Assembly (NCBI GenBank): GCA_036787775.1
Contig: DAIQOR010000005.1
Span: 12,289 to 44,288, forward strand
DNA length: 32,000 nucleotides
Direction of reading: 5' to 3'
Source of the DNA: a bacterium
GTDB taxonomy: Archaea > Nanobdellota > Nanobdellia > Pacearchaeales > GW2011-AR1
Shown here: positions 30,641 to 32,000 of the stretch, one piece after another
How positions within the stretch are numbered: the stretch's first letter is position 1
Layout: every line of letters starts with the position of its first letter
The notes under the pieces: model-generated
Told to the model about the DNA's origin: nothing
What the model saw: only the letters and a program-made list of their open reading frames with translations
The model's database searches: none
Program-made: the position numbers and the translations under genes

Positions 30641-31507
30641 ATGAAATCAAAAAGAGGTTTTCAAAAAAGATTCTTAGAAATTTTAAACAGCAAGCCGATT
30701 ATAGGATTATTTATTTTTTTAATTCTTGGCATAGCAATGGTCGTCGCTGGTGATGTTGTTGTTAAAGAGGGCGATATGGATATTAATAACGGACTAATCG
30801 TAAATGATATATTATATGTTAACACTACCAATAATAATGTGGGAATAGGAACAAATTCTCCCCTTAGTGGAATTAAATTGGATATTGATGGTCAAACGAG
30901 ATCAAAAAATTCAATATTGTGGAGCCCTTCTGCATCAGGCTGGGTAGCTCAACTAAAATTTATGACAATGGATGGACTCTCAACTCATCATGTATTTTTT
31001 ATAGATAGGGGAGATAATGATAGATTAAATTTAGATTTGAATCGGAATGGAACTTCAGAAGATATAATGAGAATTAGAGGAGGAATTGATATAGATGATA
31101 GTTTAACAATTGATAATTATTTAGGAGTTGGTTTAACAAATCCAAATCAATCAGTAGATGTAAATGGAAATGTTCAAGCATTGGATTTTATAACTATATC
31201 AGACAGAGAACAAAAAGATAATATTAAAGAATTAAATGTCAACGAAGTTTTTTCATCAACACCAAAACTTTATGAATATCAATTCAAAAAACAAGTTCCG
31301 GTTTATGACGAAGATGAAGAAAATGTATTAAGTTACACAACCGAATTAATGCCTCCTCAAGTTGGATTGATGATGGATGAAGTTCCAGAAGAATGCAGGA
31401 AAGGAAAAGGTGTTGATAATTATTGCATGCTTTCTTTGGCTTACACACAAATAATAAGTTTACAAAACGAACTTTGTACAAAAGATAATTCTTATAGTTG
31501 GTGTTGA
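30641..31507 (+). CDS. membrane-anchored tail-fibre-like protein with a C-terminal S74 intramolecular-chaperone (endosialidase chaperone) domain
   Basis: 288 aa with an N-terminal TM segment (IIGLFIFLILGIAMVVAG). NNNVGIGTNSPLSGIKLDIDGQ and LGVGLTNPNQSVDVNGN match the (V)GIGT..P...LDV.G fibre repeat. ISDREQKDNIKEL...LYEYQFK...VGLMMDEVPEE...LSLAYTQIISLQNEL matches the SD.R.K.NI ... Y.y ... GliAqEv ... peptidase S74 pattern. Confidence 0.65.
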   Translation: MKSKRGFQKRFLEILNSKPIIGLFIFLILGIAMVVAGDVVVKEGDMDINNGLIVNDILYVNTTNNNVGIGTNSPLSGIKLDIDGQTRSKNSILWSPSASGWVAQLKFMTMDGLSTHHVFFIDRGDNDRLNLDLNRNGTSEDIMRIRGGIDIDDSLTIDNYLGVGLTNPNQSVDVNGNVQALDFITISDREQKDNIKELNVNEVFSSTPKLYEYQFKKQVPVYDEDEENVLSYTTELMPPQVGLMMDEVPEECRKGKGVDNYCMLSLAYTQIISLQNELCTKDNSYSWC

Positions 31508-31554
31508 TAGTCTAATTCAATAAAACTTATTAACCCTTTTTCTTTAAACAAAAC

Positions 31555-32000
31555 ATGGCTATACCAAAAGACCAAATAAAAAAATTAAAGGAACAACTTT
31601 TAACTCAATTAGATAGCACAAATCTTCCAAACAAAGAAGAAATCAAAACCTCGGTTGAAGCAATGGACGCCGAAGAACTTGAAGAATTCTTAATTCAAAA
31701 TAATTTAATCCCAGACCAAAGCCAGCCCCAACAAACAGGTCAACCAAAATGCGTTTTCTGCTCAATCGTGTTCGGAGAAATTCCTTCAACAAAAATAGCC
31801 GAGAATGAAAAAGCAATTGCAATTTTAGAAATAAATCCCATCTCTCAAGGACACACAATAATAATTCCAAAAGAACATATCGAAAAACCCGAAGACATTC
31901 CGCAAGAAGTTCATGATTTAGCGAACGAAGTTTCAGAAAAATTAAAATCAACTTTCAACCCCAAAAATATTATCTTAGAAAACACAAATATTTTAGGACA
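31555..32000 (+). CDS. HIT-family (histidine triad) protein with an N-terminal extension, truncated by window edge
   Basis: Hand translation gives MAIPKDQIKKLKEQLL...QPKCVFCSIVFGEIPSTKIAENEKAIAILEINPISQGHTIIIPKEH..., the typical HIT N-terminal half (C.FC.I..GEIP...i.E.....A.L.i.P...GH.L..PK.H). It is open to the end of the window. Confidence 0.8.
   Translation, partial: MAIPKDQIKKLKEQLLTQLDSTNLPNKEEIKTSVEAMDAEELEEFLIQNNLIPDQSQPQQTGQPKCVFCSIVFGEIPSTKIAENEKAIAILEINPISQGHTIIIPKEHIEKPEDIPQEVHDLANEVSEKLKSTFNPKNIILENTNILG

Noticed and set aside
29269-31951. ORFs 29269..29460(-), 30118..30411(+), 31284..31481(-) and 31643..31951(-).
   Set aside because: They are nested in or antisense to better-supported genes (membrane protein, secreted 273-aa protein, tail-fibre-like protein, HIT protein).
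1-32000. Search by eye for CRISPR arrays, rRNA, IS elements or transposases, integrases, reverse transcriptase and DGR template/variable repeat pairs. The DGR search was prompted by the tail-fibre-like and surface proteins.
   Set aside because: I saw no regularly spaced repeats, no rRNA-like GC-rich blocks, and no recombinase or RT motifs (no YxDD, no R..H..R..Y pattern) in any listed ORF. I found no long near-identical A-mismatch repeat pair. Absence by eye is not proof, and a self-dotplot would settle it.

Overview
Low-GC (roughly 30%), gene-dense archaeal fragment. The gene content fits a reduced-genome DPANN-type archaeon (Woese-/Pace-/Nanoarchaeota-like). All family calls come from motifs I recognise in the supplied translations or in my own hand translations; no searches were run. 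Hand-derived coordinates may be off by 1-2 nt.

Core informational genes: GINS, archaeal phosphoglycerate mutase (ApgM), FtsY, SRP54, Bud32 kinase, tRNA-Leu, tRNA-Gln, MinD/ParA-like ATPase, ribosomal protein S15, a RecJ/Cdc45-like DHH protein, aIF2-alpha, Nudix, Nop10 (hand-found, missing from the ORF track), family-4-like UDG, Ndk, RadA, RPA, aEF-1beta and a partial HIT protein. Most genes have an A/T-rich TATA-like box about 25 nt upstream of the ATG, which suggests leaderless transcripts.

Accessory content:
- Four or five toxin-antitoxin-like modules: a frameshifted HepT with MNT, a PIN protein, a DUF2283 protein with a BrnT-like partner, RelE, and MazF with an AbrB-type antitoxin.
- Several small gene cassettes bounded by direct repeats that duplicate the 3' end of a neighbouring gene or tRNA. 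One is a perfect 52-bp repeat around a RelE cassette.
- A bacterial-type OMP-like beta-barrel ORF sitting between SRP54 and Bud32.
- A sequon-rich surface protein.

The most unusual locus is 24.6-31.5 kb. It is a same-strand cluster built from a duplicated [polytopic membrane protein + secreted PHP-phosphoesterase] module. One copy is a 1019-aa protein with a very cysteine-rich C-terminal half; the other is frameshifted. A membrane-anchored tail-fibre/S74-chaperone-like protein is transcribed divergently from the cluster. I propose this locus as the best candidate for an undescribed cell-surface or host-interaction system.

I saw no rRNA, CRISPR array, integrase, transposase or reverse transcriptase.
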